A stretch of DNA of 64,000 nucleotides from Chloroflexota bacterium (GTDB lineage Bacteria; Chloroflexota; Ktedonobacteria; Ktedonobacterales; JACDGC01): NCBI GenBank assembly GCA_021778805.1, contig JAJYBV010000001.1:12639-76638 (forward strand), read 5' to 3'. Positions within the stretch are counted from its first letter, which is position 1, and every line of letters starts with the position of its first letter. A model generated the notes under the pieces. The model made no database searches. It saw only the letters and a list, made by a program, of their open reading frames with translations, and had not been told where the DNA came from. The position numbers were made by a program, and so were the translations under genes. Shown piece after piece: positions 1 to 10,016 of the stretch.

Positions 1-416
1 TTCATAGTGAGCGCCAGCAGCGCGCGAGCAGATTCGCCTAAATCGATGAGCGCCGGCGGCGTTGCCGCAACAGTAGAAAATTGTGTGACCAGATCGTTCG
101 CCAGCCTTGCAGCGCCAATAGCTCCGTGGCTAACTCGCTGCATGCGCTGATTAATTACTAAAAGAGCAACAATAAAACGCAGATCCCTGCCCACTATTGG
201 CTGTTGCAGCGTCATAATATCAACTAATTTTTCTTCAATAGATTCAGCAGATTTTTCCAGGTCATCCTCGCGTTGCATAACAATTTTAGCGTCATAGGGG
301 TCTAGTGTTTTCAGTGTCGCAATAACCCTTTCAAATAATTCATCGACAACGCCGGCGTATTGAGACAGTTCGTTTTGAACAACAGAAATTTGGCGATCTA
401 AATCATTTCTTGGCAT
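1..416 (-). CDS. phoU: PhoU-family phosphate-signalling regulator, partial (C-terminal end lies beyond position 1)
   Basis: My own minus-strand translation from the ATG (complement of 414-416) reads MPRNDLDRQISVVQNELSQYAGVVDELFERVIATLKTLDPYDAKIVMQREDDLEKSAESIEEKLVDIMTLQQPIVGRDLRFIVALLVINQRMQRVSHGA.... It stays open to position 1. The LQQPxxxDLRF motif and helical-repeat layout are PhoU-like. It is absent from the ORF track because there is no stop in the window. Confidence 0.7.
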   Translation of the reverse strand, partial: MPRNDLDRQISVVQNELSQYAGVVDELFERVIATLKTLDPYDAKIVMQREDDLEKSAESIEEKLVDIMTLQQPIVGRDLRFIVALLVINQRMQRVSHGAIGAARLANDLVTQFSTVAATPPALIDLGESARALLALTM

Positions 417-611
417 TTGCGATTCCTCTCAAATATGGCCTGAAATATGCTTAAACAGAGAGCAGAATAAATTTTTTCAGCTAAAAACACCATACTCGGA
501 TATATATCCCAAATAGTAGGGCAGAAAGTATTTAAGATCTTTCCGCAAAGTACATATCCTGCAACACATAATACTACTAGTATTATCGCATAAAAGGGTG
601 TTTTCGCAAAT

Positions 612-974
612 ATGAGTATTCCTATGATTCAATTTCCTGTTCTTGTTTTAGCTTCCGGTGAACAGATACATCTCGATGGCCGGAATACTTGGATTATTGG
701 GCGGCACACAAAACACACTAAAACAGCGGATATTGATTTAGAGCCATTTGGCGCTAAACAATTTGGTGTTTCACGCACACATATCCGCATCCAATTAGCT
801 GCCAATAACGAATATGTTTTGGAGGATCTGTACAGCCGCAGCGCTACATTGCTGAATTTCAGCCGGTTAGCGCCTGGGCAGCAATATGCCCTAAAAGATG
901 GTGACAGTTTGTCTTTAGGCATGCTACAGTGTGTTTTTGTTTTAAAAGTATACCGGAATGGGGATATGAGTTGA
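612..974 (+). CDS. FHA-domain protein (120 aa)
   Basis: The FHA signature is present: WIIGRH...DIDL...GVSRTHIRI...YVLEDLYSRSATLLN...LKDGDSLSLG. The TGA stop overlaps the next ATG (TGATG at 972-976). Confidence 0.75.
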   Translation: MSIPMIQFPVLVLASGEQIHLDGRNTWIIGRHTKHTKTADIDLEPFGAKQFGVSRTHIRIQLAANNEYVLEDLYSRSATLLNFSRLAPGQQYALKDGDSLSLGMLQCVFVLKVYRNGDMS

Positions 975-1210
975 TGAGTTATGTAATTATCCATAGTGAT
1001 AACGGCCAAACAATTAAAGGTGAAATTGATGAACTTCCCTCTCAAGGGCAAGTATTTATCCGTATTAGAAATCCAATGCAAGTAAGTGAAAGAAACTTGG
1101 ATTGGATCGACCAGCATATGCGTGAACTGTATATTCAAATTGCGCATATTACTTTTCTGGAAATCCTTTCGGATAGAAACCACAATAGAATCCCAAGATA
1201 TCCCGAGTAA
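974..1210 (+). CDS. Small hypothetical protein (78 aa), translationally coupled to the FHA gene
   Basis: Internal ATG of ORF 929..1210, overlapping the FHA stop by 1 nt. Sequence starts MSYVIIHSDNGQTIKGEIDELPSQGQVFIRIRNP.... I recognise no family. Confidence 0.4.
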   Translation: MSYVIIHSDNGQTIKGEIDELPSQGQVFIRIRNPMQVSERNLDWIDQHMRELYIQIAHITFLEILSDRNHNRIPRYPE

Positions 1211-1237
1211 TTGCTGCTCAGATATACCTGCGTAACC

Positions 1238-1390
1238 CAGGGGTACCGCGCGGTGTGTTGTTTATAATATGATATTTTGGGGACACCCCAAACCCCGCGC
1301 AAGGGGCTTCCGCCCCTTACGTATCCCTGGTTTGTGTAGCCGTGAAGTAGTTGGAATAGCCATTGCTGTCCTTATATTCTGAATAGTTAC
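1238..1390. repeat. Repeat locus I: inverted copy of the ~89-bp module-A unit (1238-1328) plus module G ending CTGAATAGTTAC (1337-1390)
   Basis: 1275-1328 is the reverse complement of the gggatacgtaaggggcgg..gccccttgcgcggggtttggggtgtccccaaaa element seen at 2389-2632. The ggaatagcc...agttac part recurs at 17262-17315 and at 36880-36935 (inverted). Confidence 0.85.
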
Positions 1391-1495
1391 AAACGGCGCA
1401 AACAAAAAGTTAATTATAATTGAAGATTACCTTGCCTCTGTGCTATTATTGAAAAGCAAACATGAAACAATAATACAATATTCAGGAGGAAGGTC

Positions 1496-2338
1496 ATGGA
1501 TTTACAATTATTGATTATTTTGGGCTTAGCAGCTTTTATTGTAATTTATTTGCTGTTTTCCGGCTTTCGCGTTATCAATCAATACGAACGCGCTGTTGTA
1601 TTCGTATTAGGGCGTTATGCCGGTGTTCGCGGCCCGGGACTTTTTTATATTATTCCGTTCATCAGCAAAATTCGAGTCGTAGATCTGCGAATTTTATCGT
1701 TGGAAGTGCCTGCGCAAGAGGTCATTACTCGCGATAATGTTACCATTAAAGTAAACGCAGTGCTATATTTTCGGGTAGTGGAACCTAATAAATCGATTAT
1801 TAATATTTTGGACTATCAAAGAGCAACGGTGCAAATTGCGCAAACTACACTGCGCAATGTTTTAGGCCAATCGGAATTAGATGAAATTTTAAGCGAACGC
1901 GAAGTTATTAACGGCCGTCTGCAACAAATCATTGATCAGCATACCGAACCTTGGGGCGTAAAAGTATCGGCCGTTGAATTAAAAGATCTTGAACTGCCCA
2001 TCGGAATGCAGCGCGCTATGGCTAAACAAGCTGAAGCAGAACGCGAAAAACGCGCCAAAATTATTGCCGCCGAAGGAGAGTTTCAGGCTTCGCGGCAATT
2101 AGCTGAAGCAGCAAATGTAATTTCACAGCAGCCGGCAGCTATTCAGCTGCGTTATATGCAAACATTGGTGGAAATTGCTGTTGAGAAAAATTCCACCATC
2201 ATTTTCCCTGTCCCTATCGATTTGCTTTCTTCTCTCAAAGATATTGCTCAGCAATTGCAATCCGGCTCTGCTTCCACCAACCAGCCGCCGCCGGCAGCGC
2301 CGCAAAACCCGCCCAATGCTCCAACTTCGCAGCAATAA
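1496..2338 (+). CDS. SPFH/band-7 (stomatin/HflKC-like, slipin) membrane protein
   Basis: N-terminal TM helix, then the core [33 protein letters not shown] coiled-coil [17 protein letters not shown] and a Pro/Gln-rich tail follow. RBS aggagga at 1484-1490. Confidence 0.85.
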   Translation: MDLQLLIILGLAAFIVIYLLFSGFRVINQYERAVVFVLGRYAGVRGPGLFYIIPFISKIRVVDLRILSLEVPAQEVITRDNVTIKVNAVLYFRVVEPNKSIINILDYQRATVQIAQTTLRNVLGQSELDEILSEREVINGRLQQIIDQHTEPWGVKVSAVELKDLELPIGMQRAMAKQAEAEREKRAKIIAAEGEFQASRQLAEAANVISQQPAAIQLRYMQTLVEIAVEKNSTIIFPVPIDLLSSLKDIAQQLQSGSASTNQPPPAAPQNPPNAPTSQQ

Positions 2339-2361
2339 TGTTAATGAACTTTAATTATTAA

Positions 2362-2945
2362 AGAGGGACAAGATATACCAGCATAACCGGGGATTCATAA
2401 GGGCGGTAGCCCCTTGCGCGGGGTTTGGGGTGTCCCCAAAAGCTCTTTTTTATAAACAACCACCGCACGGCACACATGGGGATACGTAAGGGGCGGTAGC
2501 CCCTTGCGCGGGGTTTGGGGTGTCCCCAAAAGCTCTTTTTTATAAACAACCACCGCACGGTACACATGGGGATTCATAAGGGCGGTAGCCCCTTGCGCGG
2601 GGGATTGGGGTGTCCCCAAAAGCTCTTTTATTTTAAAATTTCCCCAAAGAAATATTGGTGGCTAGTCAGCAAGGGCGACCGCAAGGGTCGCCCCTACCGG
2701 ATTGCATTGCCTCAGGTGTACCGTGCAGTATTTGTTCAACAACAGGCACTATAAAGCACTCAATGTACTCTGCTCTGTTGATCTTCATCCCGATTAAAAT
2801 ATCAAAGCCCATAATTGTGTGGCTTGTTTCCCCACCTCCACCCATGGGTACCGCGCGGTGGTTGTTCAACAACAGGCACGATGGGGTACTCAATGTACTC
2901 TGCTCTGTTGATCTTCATCCTGATGAAAATATCAAAGACCATCAA
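2362..2945 (+). repeat. Repeat locus II: composite array (left boundary GGGACAAGATATA, 2.7 x 89-90-bp module A, module B hairpin, two ~130-bp right-end units)
   Basis: Module-A units start at 2389, 2478 and 2568. Module B is at 2655-2728. ttgttcaacaacaggcac...actcaatgtactctgctctgttgatcttcatcc.gat.aaaatatcaaag.ccat occurs at 2732-2812 and 2862-2942. Confidence 0.9.
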
Positions 2946-2946
2946 C

Positions 2947-2979
2947 AAAAAAACAGGGGGGAATGTACATTCCCCCCTG
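2947..2979 (-). terminator. Rho-independent terminator of the DoxX gene
   Basis: caggggggaat-gtac-attcccccctg (2954-2979), with an A7 run on the plus strand (2947-2953), which is a U-tract in minus sense. Confidence 0.8.
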
Positions 2980-3020
2980 CGCTGATAGAAATCGCTTTCT
3001 TTTAAACGTTAGTTAAATCG

Positions 3021-3641
3021 TTAAGCGGCTTTAGCGTGTTCCTCTTTTTTCGCCAAAGAACCTGTCCACGGAACACCTAAAAGCGGCAGCAAATAGCGGT
3101 CTCCACCCCAATATCCGGCAGTTCTCCAAGCCAGCAGAAGGAAGAGCGCCAAGAAACCAAGTACCGGATTTGTGCTAACTGCGCCGGCCAGCACATAGTT
3201 GAAATTCATCATTAAGCCAAAGAATGAAGCGATACCGGTAAGCACACCAAAGATTAAACCTAACCCAACCAATAATTCACCGAAGGTGATTAAGTATGCC
3301 CACAAACCGGCATAAGGAACCACAAAATCTTTTAAGAATGAAGCATACCACCCTTGTACGGTAGGATATGGGCCATTTGCTTTGGCGATTGCGCCTTGGG
3401 CAAATCCCTTAATCGCGGCGCCAACGTTACTGGTCATAATCCAGCTTTTTTCAGGCGATTCCAGCGGCAACGCTGCGCCGGTCAATTTGGCAAATCCGGC
3501 TCCCAGCCATTGATATCCAACATATAAACGCACAATAAGCCATAACCATGCCATTCGTGTATCCGCAAAAAAGAAGCGGGCGATTGGAGCTTCAGGAATT
3601 TCAGAAGCTGCTTTGGGCTGTAATTTAGCGAATATGCTCAT
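3021..3641 (-). CDS. DoxX-family integral membrane protein
   Basis: 206 aa with several hydrophobic helices. The motif LWLIVRLYVGYQWLGAGFAKL is typical of DoxX/DoxD. Confidence 0.55.
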   Translation of the reverse strand: MSIFAKLQPKAASEIPEAPIARFFFADTRMAWLWLIVRLYVGYQWLGAGFAKLTGAALPLESPEKSWIMTSNVGAAIKGFAQGAIAKANGPYPTVQGWYASFLKDFVVPYAGLWAYLITFGELLVGLGLIFGVLTGIASFFGLMMNFNYVLAGAVSTNPVLGFLALFLLLAWRTAGYWGGDRYLLPLLGVPWTGSLAKKEEHAKAA

Positions 3642-3959
3642 AAATCATTTCTCCTCAAGAAAACTGATTGGTAAATTTGCGCCGCTTTGTGTGGCGCCTT
3701 CAGTTTTTCTTGACACTTCAATAATATGATGAAAAACTCAAAAATAAATCTCAAAATACCTCCTATCTCTCACGAATACATCAATGTTTTTTTCTGTTTT
3801 AGTTGGCTGAATCATATTTCCGTCACGATAAACGCTTTTATTTTCTGTTTGCTTTTAAGCCTCTGCCGGTCCGTGGCCGGCAATGAATTTGACGCAATTG
3901 CTCGCCACAAAAAAACGCCGCCGAAATTATCGGCGGCGCTAGAATACAATGAAAAATTG

Positions 3960-6329
3960 TTATTTTATAACATACGTGAAGTCTTGCAGCATCGGCGCAT
4001 TATTCGCGTAAAGTTGTTTAGCTTTTTCAATTCCGGCAGGGATAATGGTAACAGAATAATCAACGATGGCGCCGCTTTGCCGCTGAATTGTAAAGGTATA
4101 GGGCTGCGCTTTGCCGCCGCTGATTTTATAGGCGTTAGGCGTATACCAATCTAACTCTATATTTGCTGTGCAAAAAGCAGGAACAACTACCATCCCGCCA
4201 AACATCGCCCGGCCTTGCTCATCGCTGGTCAGATTATCCGGCGCGCCGATATCATCGATGTGTGTATTATCCGAGCCATTTAATCGCGGAAATGAGCTGC
4301 TGCCTTGCCCCGGATTAAATATACCCGATTGGCACGTTGGCGCTTCCGTTGGCTGGCAAGGATTATTTACCGGCGCATATGGTATAAGCTGCCCCGTTTT
4401 AGGATCTTTTACCGGTGGCGGCAATTTTCCTCCCGGACCGGGCGTAGCTAAATAACATAAAGGCGGACTGATTTCTTGATCGAAGCCAGAGCCATACGTT
4501 AAATAAGACTGCGGCGGCGCATACACCCGTATATAATCCCTGTATGTTAATAAACCATACGTTGGGCCGGTCGGCTGATAATCAATAGTTATCATATAAT
4601 TATGAAACGCGCCGCCGCTGTTATCTAATGTTATCGTTTCGTGTACAGTTACATGCGCATATAAGCTGCCTTTTTCTACACCGATGTTTGCTTGCACCAT
4701 ATATGTTGAGTCTTGAGTGGAACCGCGTATCATTGCCGCCGAAAGCCCATTTTGTGAAAGCAGCGATTCAACTTGGGGATTCTCAATATAAATTTCTAAA
4801 TCCTTTGAAATAAGGTCGGCGCGCAAACTTTTCATAATCAATATCAATTTGGAAACCGAAGCGGTACGCGCTTTTTCTTCAAGAGCATTGGCCAAAGTTG
4901 CAGTAAATCTTTTGCGCAAAGATGTTCCCGTTATGTTTGAAGAACAGGCGTTTTGTTGGTTTACCCCGGCGCCAAGCTGGTAATAGTGCAATTCATTTTC
5001 CAAATTGGTGTCGGTAATCGTAACGTTATAACAAGGAATATAAATTGGACCTAATACGGCGGGATTCAGCAGATGTTCTATCATCAGCGGCGAAAACGCT
5101 ATAGCGCCGCCGGTTATTTGCTGTCCGCTTTCTTTTTGAAAAGTTCCAATGGCCAGCTGCGAGGTTGTCGCAAAATCACCCGACAAATTAGAGTCGCGCA
5201 ATCCCCAGTTTGCAAATGGCCACCAAGATTTATATGCTGCCGGAACTTGCTGCCCCATAACCGGATTATGCAGATTATAATCCAAGTATTCGACCGCAAT
5301 TAATGAAATTGGACCGGCGCGGCCGCCATTCATTGAAAGCACTCCCCAATCTCCGGTAAATCCGCCGCCGGGGCGCAGTTCGGTGCGATCCATTGTTTGA
5401 ATTAAATACGTGCGCGGTGTGCCTACGCCAAGCAGCCAACCTGCAAGCGGCACATAGGGATTATATTTTTGAATATCACTTATTGCTGTTGGAATAAGTT
5501 GCGTATATTTTTTTATTGAAGCTAGCTGTTTTGCGTTTACAGGCAATTGATCCAAATTCACAAAACTTAGCTGCGTCTGAATTGTTTGCAGAGCTGCTAA
5601 GGTATCGCTTAATCCCGTTTGCAAATCTGCAAAACTTTTATCGGTTAAAAGCGGCGGACCTTGTGTGGCAAACGGTGATGTTTGAAACGTCGTGGTAAAA
5701 TCTCTGCCAACCGCAACGAGTTTATCACATAATTGCGTGGCCGTAATTGCAATACTTGCCAGCTGCCCGGTGGCCGTAATTTTTGTGGAATACGGCGTTA
5801 ATCCTGCTAACCCAATTACTCCGCTTTTTTGTGATATCGCCGAATAGATATTTGAAAAATCGGTTTGCGCAGTATCACAACTTTTTTGCACCGCATTCAG
5901 CGTCGCCGGTGAAAAAATCGTCTGCAATTTGCCAACTGTGCCGCCGCCGGATGAACTGCCGGCGCTTGAGCCATTTACATTACCTAAAATCGTTTTGATA
6001 GATTCCAGCTGAGCGACTCCATCTGCTCCCCAATTCTTCAGCGACTCATATTGCACTAAAGCGGTAGATCCAACCGCTAAAAGCGGAGCAATTGCGGCAA
6101 ACAATAAAATGCCGGCCATAATCATACGCCAATGTTTTACGCGACTAAGTATACGGCCATATTTTGTTTCGGTAAAACGCCGCGCAAATTTCTCAAAATA
6201 TAGGGTATAAAACCGTACTGATTTCTGAAATGTTTCGATCTTTTCGTAAGGTTCATGAATATTTCCCTCGGGCGGGGCTTCCTGTTCAACAGACATAATA
6301 ATTGCTCCATAAAGTCCAATATATACCAA
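3960..6329 (-). CDS. DUF4012-like large extracytoplasmic protein with an N-terminal membrane anchor
   Basis: 789 aa. A TM segment (MIMAGILLFAAIAPLLAV) is followed by the TELRPGGGFTGDWGVLSMNGGR motif characteristic of DUF4012. The start could instead be the M at 6296. Confidence 0.5.
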   Translation of the reverse strand: MVYIGLYGAIIMSVEQEAPPEGNIHEPYEKIETFQKSVRFYTLYFEKFARRFTETKYGRILSRVKHWRMIMAGILLFAAIAPLLAVGSTALVQYESLKNWGADGVAQLESIKTILGNVNGSSAGSSSGGGTVGKLQTIFSPATLNAVQKSCDTAQTDFSNIYSAISQKSGVIGLAGLTPYSTKITATGQLASIAITATQLCDKLVAVGRDFTTTFQTSPFATQGPPLLTDKSFADLQTGLSDTLAALQTIQTQLSFVNLDQLPVNAKQLASIKKYTQLIPTAISDIQKYNPYVPLAGWLLGVGTPRTYLIQTMDRTELRPGGGFTGDWGVLSMNGGRAGPISLIAVEYLDYNLHNPVMGQQVPAAYKSWWPFANWGLRDSNLSGDFATTSQLAIGTFQKESGQQITGGAIAFSPLMIEHLLNPAVLGPIYIPCYNVTITDTNLENELHYYQLGAGVNQQNACSSNITGTSLRKRFTATLANALEEKARTASVSKLILIMKSLRADLISKDLEIYIENPQVESLLSQNGLSAAMIRGSTQDSTYMVQANIGVEKGSLYAHVTVHETITLDNSGGAFHNYMITIDYQPTGPTYGLLTYRDYIRVYAPPQSYLTYGSGFDQEISPPLCYLATPGPGGKLPPPVKDPKTGQLIPYAPVNNPCQPTEAPTCQSGIFNPGQGSSSFPRLNGSDNTHIDDIGAPDNLTSDEQGRAMFGGMVVVPAFCTANIELDWYTPNAYKISGGKAQPYTFTIQRQSGAIVDYSVTIIPAGIEKAKQLYANNAPMLQDFTYVIK

Positions 6330-6445
6330 TATAAATGACGTATAAACTAAGCCATAGTAGACGATGTGTGACTATTTTCGCGGCAATACACGACGAAGCG
6401 CCAAACATGGCGCCCAAAATGACAATATGACTTTGCCGCGCAAAG

Positions 6446-9400
6446 CTATATTCCTTGAATAATAAATCCCGACCAATAAATAGGATGCGCGAATGGAGCC
6501 GCATTGGCCGGTGTCATATCCGATAAATTCATATCCGGGTCTCGCGATAAATCATCGGCATAGGTTCGCATCATTTCATCCAGGGTAAGGCTGCGCAGCC
6601 AACGTTGAGCGTTGCGCAGCGCCTGCGCCGGCCGGTGGCCGTCGTTCAGATAAAATTGCGCAAAGCGGCGCATCAGCAGCAGCGTCGCTAAATCACTGGC
6701 TGGCCATAAACTGCCTGCTACCGCGGCAGCCCCGCCTACTTGCAGTGTGGCGGCTAAACTAACGCTTTCGTCGATAGAGCTTGCGTTTGAAAGCGCCGAT
6801 TGTCCGGCAGAGAGCACCGCCAGCCGAACGCCAAGAAACGCGGCGTCGCCATGAAGGACATCTTTGGCCACAATTTTTTCCGCGCCGGATAATTGAATGA
6901 AGGATTGCGCAGGCCGTTCGGGGAAAAAGCCGCAGGGGCAGGCAAAGTGGGCGTATGCGCGTTCTTTTAACGCTTTTAACGCGGCAGATCTGCTAATTCT
7001 GCGACGAATAAGCAATGTATTTGGCTGGCCTACAGCCGAAACAACCTGAGCTATTGCTTCTGCCTCGTGTTCAGACCACATTAGGTTAATTTCCGCAGGC
7101 TGAGGATTGCCGAATATTGCAGCCCCATTGCGCAAATTCATCATGGCGCGCGTTTCAGAGCGCAGCAGCTGTTGCGCTGAAGAGATATAAGAGACCTCAA
7201 CATAGTCTAAAAATCGCGGATTTTCAAAGATTTTATCGCTTTCAACGCCATCGTCATCTAATTGCGGTATATGAGCGCGCACCGGCGCGGCGTGCAACGG
7301 CGCGGCGGCTATTGCCCCCAGCGAGCAGATGACTGCTTTGGCAGTCCCACTGCTGCGCAAGTGCTCTGCCAGTGGTGTTATTAAATCTTTACCCAACACG
7401 CCAAGAATTTTCTCTAACGCATTTGGCGCCGGCAAAGCGCCAAGTTCAGTTTGCACGTGCATCTGCGGGTGTTGCGAAACTTCAGCGATACCCGCAAGTT
7501 CCGCTTCGGTAACATTCTCGGCCCAGAAAGCTTTCAGCGCGCCGGCAGTTTCTTTGGCAGATATGCACAGCGCAAATGAACCGCTTTCGGTAGAAACGAT
7601 GTACACCATTGGCCGATCCGGCTTCACCGCTTTGGTAATGTTTTGGAACGTGATAGTTTGAAGCAGAAAATCCGGATCTTGCTTTTGAATTTGCGTAATT
7701 GCCGCAAGCAGCGCATCTTGCGCTGACCGTAGCGCCGCGCTGAATTCATCGGATCTTTGCGACGCATACACCATAGTTACAGATCCGGTATGAAACGGCA
7801 GTTCTGCAGAAACGGGTTTGGTGTTTGCCGCAATATCTTTTTGCAGCGCGGAATAAGCATTCCAAAGCTGCGCCTGCGCGTTATGAAATTTTATGCGCAA
7901 TTCGGTGGAAACTTTTTGCAAAGCCGATTCATCGCGTTCCAATGCTTCGTTGGTAATGCGAATATGGCCTTTTTCCAGCCTGATAGCGGCGTCGCGCGGG
8001 CGGTTCATCCGCGCCAAGCAATAGGCGTCTAGGGCAACCAATTCTGCGTGGTCGCGCACACGCTGCCCCGGTTTGCTGGTACCAAGCTGCATAGCATAAA
8101 GCGTATCCGAAGCGGCAAGCGCGCCGGTTAAAACGGAATGAGCTTCTTCCCATTTGCCTTGTTCGAACAGCAGCGAACCCAAGTTGCGCGCCGTGCGGCG
8201 ATGCTCCAGGGGAAAAGCGTCGCGGCGGCGAATACTCAGGGATTCGCGATACGCAGAAACGGCGCGTTTAATATTATCTTCGCGGCTGCCATATTTTCTT
8301 TCGCGCAGCGCGTTACCCAAATTATTGAGCGTATTAGCCCAATCTACGGGATTTTTATTGAGGGTTTCCAGCGCCAATTCTTGTTCGTAATGTTCAATAG
8401 CGCGTTCAATATTTTCCGCGCGCGCGCCTTCAATGCGGTCCATATACGCCACACCAAGGTTATGGTGGGCCAGCGCCCAGCGGTCACCGTCTTTTTGGCG
8501 TGTCAGCGCGGTAAGGGCAGTTTCAAACGAAGCGATGGAATGCTCCAAGTTTTTATTGCGGTCGCCCGATGTTCGCTGCCCCCAAATATTGCCGAGAAAA
8601 ATATAATCATTAGCCCATTCCGCCGGAGAAGTTTTGGCGTCACGGACAGTCAGCGCCAATTCATAGGCGGCAATGCCGGCGTCTGCTGCGTTTTCATTGC
8701 CCAACAAAAATTGCTGATAATACGCCGCGCCTAATGTCTCTTGCGCAGCCGCCCATTCTTTTGCAGAATGCTGCCGGGTGCGCACACGCAGCGCAGCGGT
8801 AAGCGCTTCAATAGATTGTTCTAAATCTGCCTTGCGGTCATCACTTTCGCGATACAGATATGCTTGCCCAAGATAATATTGAGCGGCGCCCCAATCGTAG
8901 GGATATTCAGCAAATGTAAATATTTGCAGCGCGGCAAACAACGATTCTATGGCGTGTTCCAGCAATTGCTGGCCGTCTGGGGCGTTTCGCAGCCGCACAG
9001 CCGTCATACCAATTTCGCTTTGCAGCGCAGCCCACAACTCATCCAACTGGTCGCGCGATGCTAAATTCAGCGCTTCTTCTAAATAGCGCAATTTAAGTCT
9101 TGGCTGCGCCGCAGCTTCCGGAGATTCGATATCTTGCAGCAGTTCATCTAAATCGGGGGTAAACAGTTCCTCCGGTTCGTCTTTAAACGCCTTATCTATC
9201 CCTTCGCGCTGAGCAATTTGCAGGGCGCGCTGATAACGCTCCAAATATTTTGCGGCGGAAGGCCCAACTTGTTCGTACACGCGATTAATATTTGACGTAA
9301 GCAGCATCATAGCGGTATTGGAAAGCAGTTCCGGATGTTTTTTCAGCGCCTCGCGGGAATCGGATACTTTAGGCGCATTAATAAATTCCTCCAGCGCTAA

Positions 9401-9670
9401 AGCTACCGCTTCCGGTTCAATAATAATGGTAGGGGGATCTTCTTTTTTAGTGCTTTCCGGCCGAACACCGGATTTCACAACGGTATTATCGGCAGAGAAA
9501 TGATTGATTGGCTCCCTTACCGCTTTTAATGGAGCTGTTTGGGTAATTTCATTTTCATCTCCTTGCTCATCATCCCAGTATTGTTCTGGTGAAGGCAGCA
9601 TATGCGAATCTTCAGGGAGATTTTGCCCGTTGGAATTTTTATCTTTTTTGCGGCGAAAACGGCGAAACAT
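6446..9670 (-). CDS. TPR-repeat / CHAT-domain protein; catalytic dyad apparently substituted
   Basis: About six roughly 42-aa TPR-like repeats (W..A...LG.AY...). The C-terminal CHAT-like region runs AHFACPCGFF ... LAVLSAGQSAL ... GAAAVAGSLWPASD ... HPIYWSGFIIQG. I chose the start MFRRFRRKK at 9670; the ORF is open to 9739. Confidence 0.75.
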   Translation of the reverse strand: MFRRFRRKKDKNSNGQNLPEDSHMLPSPEQYWDDEQGDENEITQTAPLKAVREPINHFSADNTVVKSGVRPESTKKEDPPTIIIEPEAVALALEEFINAPKVSDSREALKKHPELLSNTAMMLLTSNINRVYEQVGPSAAKYLERYQRALQIAQREGIDKAFKDEPEELFTPDLDELLQDIESPEAAAQPRLKLRYLEEALNLASRDQLDELWAALQSEIGMTAVRLRNAPDGQQLLEHAIESLFAALQIFTFAEYPYDWGAAQYYLGQAYLYRESDDRKADLEQSIEALTAALRVRTRQHSAKEWAAAQETLGAAYYQQFLLGNENAADAGIAAYELALTVRDAKTSPAEWANDYIFLGNIWGQRTSGDRNKNLEHSIASFETALTALTRQKDGDRWALAHHNLGVAYMDRIEGARAENIERAIEHYEQELALETLNKNPVDWANTLNNLGNALRERKYGSREDNIKRAVSAYRESLSIRRRDAFPLEHRRTARNLGSLLFEQGKWEEAHSVLTGALAASDTLYAMQLGTSKPGQRVRDHAELVALDAYCLARMNRPRDAAIRLEKGHIRITNEALERDESALQKVSTELRIKFHNAQAQLWNAYSALQKDIAANTKPVSAELPFHTGSVTMVYASQRSDEFSAALRSAQDALLAAITQIQKQDPDFLLQTITFQNITKAVKPDRPMVYIVSTESGSFALCISAKETAGALKAFWAENVTEAELAGIAEVSQHPQMHVQTELGALPAPNALEKILGVLGKDLITPLAEHLRSSGTAKAVICSLGAIAAAPLHAAPVRAHIPQLDDDGVESDKIFENPRFLDYVEVSYISSAQQLLRSETRAMMNLRNGAAIFGNPQPAEINLMWSEHEAEAIAQVVSAVGQPNTLLIRRRISRSAALKALKERAYAHFACPCGFFPERPAQSFIQLSGAEKIVAKDVLHGDAAFLGVRLAVLSAGQSALSNASSIDESVSLAATLQVGGAAAVAGSLWPASDLATLLLMRRFAQFYLNDGHRPAQALRNAQRWLRSLTLDEMMRTYADDLSRDPDMNLSDMTPANAAPFAHPIYWSGFIIQGI

Positions 9671-10016
9671 ATGGCAGCAGATGTCCTTTTTTTTACCAAA
9701 CAGCGCAATGTTTAAAATGGCTATATGCGTTATACGCATACAGGCAATAGGTGTTTACACCAAACCTCACATCCGGTACAGCCGGCGGCGCAGCGGCAAA
9801 TAAGCCAAAGAATGCTTGAAATAATCTGCGGTTATGCGGCGTCAGCGCCAATTTGCAGGGCGTTTCAGCGGCGTTGGATTGTTTTAAGCAATCATTTCAA
9901 TCTTCAATTGCATACCTTGAAGCGTTAACCGGCGAAAAATAACACTATTGCAAGCCCATTGTACCATGAAATAGCGGAATCATGACGAAAATGGTAACTG
10001 TGGTTTACCGCTTGTA

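Noticed and set aside
2389-2632. Regularly spaced repeats that could be mistaken for a CRISPR array
   Set aside because: The units are 89-90 bp and directly abut each other with no unique spacers. The same unit occurs singly and inverted elsewhere in the window. No cas genes are present.
2920-2926. CUGAUGA hammerhead-ribozyme-like core in module E (also at 12389-12395) and at 20787-20793
   Set aside because: No stem II hairpin closed by C-GAAA follows any of them, and no compatible stem I/III or cleavage triplet could be drawn. The motif in module E is part of a TTCATC..GATGAA inverted repeat instead.
2358-3005. ORF-track entries inside repeat loci (2358..2567, 2395..2619, 2515..2754, 2655..3005, 2666..2893; likewise 11756..12517 and 16840..17305)
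   Set aside because: Their peptide similarity (for example GTPQTPRKGLPPL, NRAEYIEY.IVPV.EQ) simply mirrors the DNA repeats in several frames and on both strands. They have no RBS, they overlap one another, and their ends coincide with repeat-module boundaries.
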